Source of the DNA: Phoronis australis
Lineage: Eukaryota > Animalia > Phoronida
NCBI GenBank assembly: GCA_002633005.1
Contig: NMRA01000330.1
Coordinates: 248,001 to 312,000, forward strand
DNA length: 64,000 nucleotides
Direction of reading: 5' to 3'
Part shown: positions 60,286 through 64,000 of the stretch, one piece after another
How positions within the stretch are numbered: the first letter of the stretch is position 1
Layout of the letters: each line of letters starts with the position of its first letter
Translations under genes and position numbers: made by a program
Notes under the pieces: model-generated
The model's database searches: none
Seen by the model: only the letters and a program-made list of their open reading frames with translations
Told to the model about the DNA's origin: nothing

Positions 60286-62389
60286 GTAAGTTGTGAGACG
60301 AGCTTAGTGTAACTCATGTGACCAGTAGATGAGCGATTTGAAACTAGTTTGTAGACCCTTATATTTAATATCTTCAATAGGTTTTCACATTATTTTATCA
60401 AGCTTTTTCCTTCAGTTAGGTATCTAGGGCGAGGTTAATTTTTTCTCATTTTAGTTTTTTTCACGTATCCAGCATTAACACGATAAATATCACAGTCTGT
60501 AATGGAAGTATAATGTTGTGGCTTTTGATTTAGATGTTTGTTGTTTTATGGGTTACACCTGCATTTGATATTTGTTGAGGCTTTTACTGTCAGCAACTGA
60601 GATCACTGGTGTTTAGTTCAGACATTTTAATTCTTTTTGTGTAAAGATTTTTTTGTTCAATAGTAGGTTGTAAAATAATATTACGTTGTTTGCAGTGTTG
60701 CTGTTTAATCCACTCGACCTTGACCTCTCCTCCATGAAATAACTGTCGTCTGTCACACTGTATGAAAATGTTGTATTTTCTTGTTTTTTTCTCTACTCAT
60801 TTCTTTTTCTATTTTACATTTCGCTCCAATTCTTCTGATTTCTTCGTAACACATTCCCCCTCATGTCCATTTTGAAGTGTGATTAACTTGTCGTATTTTT
60901 ATGTACCATTTATTTACCATTGATGTACCATTGATTTACCATTTATTTACCATTTTTCTCATTCCCCCTCCTTTTAGGGTCAGGTAAGAAGTTGTCTGTG
61001 TTCCCTGTGGCGTCTACTCGGACAAGGCGCTGGCTATATTTGTTGCATGCATTTAGTATCATTTTCCCGTGTCCAGCACAGTACGCGATTAAAGTTATGA
61101 CGGACAAAATGACCCGTTAAACCCCGTCATGACGGCTACACGCAAGCGAAGTTCTTCCTCGTGATACTTGAGTGCAAATGACTGTCCCGAGTAGTCCTTC
61201 CACCACGACTGTTTGAGTAAGAATGAACCAGAAAGATAATCAAGTGGAATAATCTTCTCTATTTCTTTAGTTAGGGTCAATCATAAAACAAACTTGGTGA
61301 TATCTAATAAAGATGCCCTACATTACAGCACCTCGTGTGCCTAATTAGGTCACTTTTCACCTCGCCACTTATGTGCGATCCGCATTATCTGGTAGAATTG
61401 CATCAGCTATCGTAAAAGACTGTCCATGCTTTTAAGATGCACAATAGCATTAAAATGTTCATGGAGACGTTCTTACCTTCCAGCAGACTGTGTTTTTATG
61501 CATGTTGGAAATGCACTATTATTTATAATGATACTTTTGTGACCAAGCTTTGTGTAGGCAGGTGTCGATCTTCACAGCACCTTGAAACCCCGATTTCGAC
61601 CATATCGTAAATGTGCTTCCGTAAAAGAGATTTGGCCAATGGGAAGACGTTAAAACTTTCACTGCTTTCACTGTTGCATCAGAAAACCTAGAAAAAGACA
61701 ATTCATTGATATGTACAATGATTTTCAAATTGTTGGCAAGATGTCATTCAGTGACATGTACGGTGGTCAACTTGCTATGTATATGTAATGGGTCATTTGA
61801 GTGGCATCGTAAGGTTTCAGGAAGAGCCTGCAGGTGACGTGACTAGTTCTAATCTGCCATTTTCAGCGGGATTAAGATGGAAAATGCAGGCGGAATTTAA
61901 TGTCATGACGGGAAACAATATTTCGTTTGTTTTGTTTTGATGTGCATTGTAGGGTTAAACATTTTTGTCAGACTGACCATGTTGATTATGAGTTATAATG
62001 TGTTTGGTGTTGGTGAAGTGAAGGTGTTAAATGTGTTTTTCTCAAATGCTAAAAATCAACTTAATAATATTGTGTGGATTAGAATAGTCATAAAACTAGC
62101 ACAACTGCAGAGAAATCCTCATGAAAACATCATCAATACAGTCAATCAGATTATTAAACATTAAGTTTCAAGTGCTATTTTTATGTTCAGGTGTTTAAGT
62201 GGCGTGAAATACCACTTTGTGGTGTGCTTTTACCGGTGAATAACGACATTTTGTTGCATAACATCCTTTTGACAGTACTTTTAATTAGAGTACACTAACA
62301 GACATTCGTGTGAAACATTTGCTGTTATAGTACAGGTGACTTTCACCCATTGCAGCAAAGCCTCCATACATTAACGGTGCTTCCTTGTT

Positions 62390-62480
62390 CGTCAGCTTCA
62401 TCCTGCTTAAAGCATGCAGTGTTTACTGTTTTCCTGGACTTTAGCAAAGCATTCGACATTATCAATCACGTGATGTACTC
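62390..62480 (+). mobile_element. Small CR1/L2 reverse transcriptase remnant
   Basis: VFTVFLDFSKAFDIINH matches the RT motif FLDFSKAFDxVxH. Confidence 0.55.
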
Positions 62481-64000
62481 AGTATCATTGGTGATGCTCC
62501 CCAGTGATTTCACAGACATAACTGACAGGACCGTGACACGTGTTCTTAGTGGCAAAATGTCTGCCACCTCCGCACTTCAGTGGAGCCAGTTTATTCTTTA
62601 TTTTTTCTGGGTTTAAATTAATAGATGAGTTTTTTCTGTAACAATTTCCAGGTGGTACTTTCTCACTTACCGTCTGTACAGTTGACATGCGTCTCCAGGT
62701 CACCATGTCTCTTGGTCTGTATTCTTTATTGATGAGGAGACAATTACTCATGACGCACAATTACTACCTTATCACTGAAATAGCACCTATTCAACGTAGA
62801 AGCTTGTAACATCTTTTTTTCTGACCAGCCTCTTTCCAGGGTTGATTTGCTTTGGATGTTGACCACCACCTCAACCCTGTGCATTTCTTCCGTGTATAGG
62901 CCGCTTGTTAGGGCTGGTTTGATAAGAAACATTTTGCATACAATTCTTTAGCATTGCGAGAGCACAAAGTATCATTCGTTTGACCCAATTTTCTTATTCC
63001 AGTGGGAAAGATGGGCCGTGTTGATGAGCGGAATGCGATCTCTTTTATTCTAGACCATATTGCAATGTTGGACATTTTTGTGTGAATCATTAGAATATTC
63101 AATCACACAATAGTGGGAATTTGATGGCATGATTGTCACAGAGAATTTTTTGAAAAGGCTGGAAAATATCCCACTGCATTAAATCTCTTCACGAATGCAG
63201 AGCAGTGTCCACCAACTATCCTAGTGCCATCTCGTGACCAGGGGTGTTTCATCATGTCTTGTCTTATAAGAATATGGTTATGGCACGGGTGTCTGGATCC
63301 GAATGCTTGTAAGTCTGTTGTTTTGGATGTTCGTTTGCAGTTCTAGGATTCAAGGTTCAAGTATCTGTGAACATTTCTGACCCCCCTTGCTGTCCGGGAT
63401 GCAGGTCCAACTGCTTGTGTTCAAGTACACAGTGTTTGTCTGCCCTTTCTGCTTCCTAAGGGATCAAGTTGTTGTGTCATTATTTCCAAGCCCTGCGCTC
63501 GTTTTTTCCATTGCTACGCTTGACTTTCAACATACCACTAATTCCTTATAGATGGCGCTTGCAGAGATGTGCTGACAATCTAAAGTATTTCCCATGGTCC
63601 CACTGTTTCAGTGATCTAGCGCTAAATGTTATAGGCTTTCACTTCAAGGTGTCTCTATTCTGTTTGTCATTGATTACTTTGTAGCGGCTTGGTTTTGCAG
63701 TGGGTTTCTAAATGTCTTTGTTGTTCACAAAATCACACCTGTAATGTCTCATAGTTTTTGTTACTATCTGTATCATGTTCATTACACAGGTCATGTCTTT
63801 CACACACCTGGTGAACGAGATGCCTTTTGTAAACTCTTCTACTGATGAGGCTAAAATCACCTGAACTACAATTATACAGTCAAAACAGTTCCAACATCAA
63901 GAGGCACTTTGTACAAAATAGGCGATTTTTTATTGATTGAGCAAAAATCGTTTTATCTATTAAAACAGAGAAAATCTTACTGATTATAGGTTAAAAAACA

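Noticed and set aside
62580-63700. Decayed L1/Tx1-like LINE on the minus strand
   Set aside because: Only vague motif traces; not supportable without a search.
60286-64000. Further villin exons
   Set aside because: No AG/GT-bounded segment encoding the expected G3 continuation (D.YI.D....IWVWVG) was found; the region looks intronic with LINE debris.

Overview
This is eukaryotic, AT-rich, repeat-dense genomic DNA from a draft assembly, probably of a marine invertebrate (lophotrochozoan-like; not provable from sequence alone). It has one N gap (22201-22558) and single-N contig joins (8001, 10503, 33346, 44751). Host genes are two intronless, convergent class-A orphan GPCR paralogs (8637-9575 +, 26089-27012 -), a truncated probably allelic copy of the first, and the first 7 coding exons of a villin/advillin-like gene (53982-60285 +, continuing past the window). 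There is also one isolated, intact-looking exon of a cation-independent mannose-6-phosphate receptor (IGF2R-like, 10873-11028) lying between two ISL2EU transposon left ends. The rest is mostly transposon material: ISL2EU (THAP + YqaJ remnants), two Academ elements, a decayed pogo/Tigger-type DDE element with PHD-like finger, a Kolobok element, several MITE families, LINE fragments (one inserted antisense into its own family's 3' UTR), a tRNA-like sequence inside inverted repeats, and minisatellites. No prokaryotic system or CRISPR array is present. Most short ORFs in the supplied track are noise. All alignments were done by eye, so boundaries of decayed elements are approximate.
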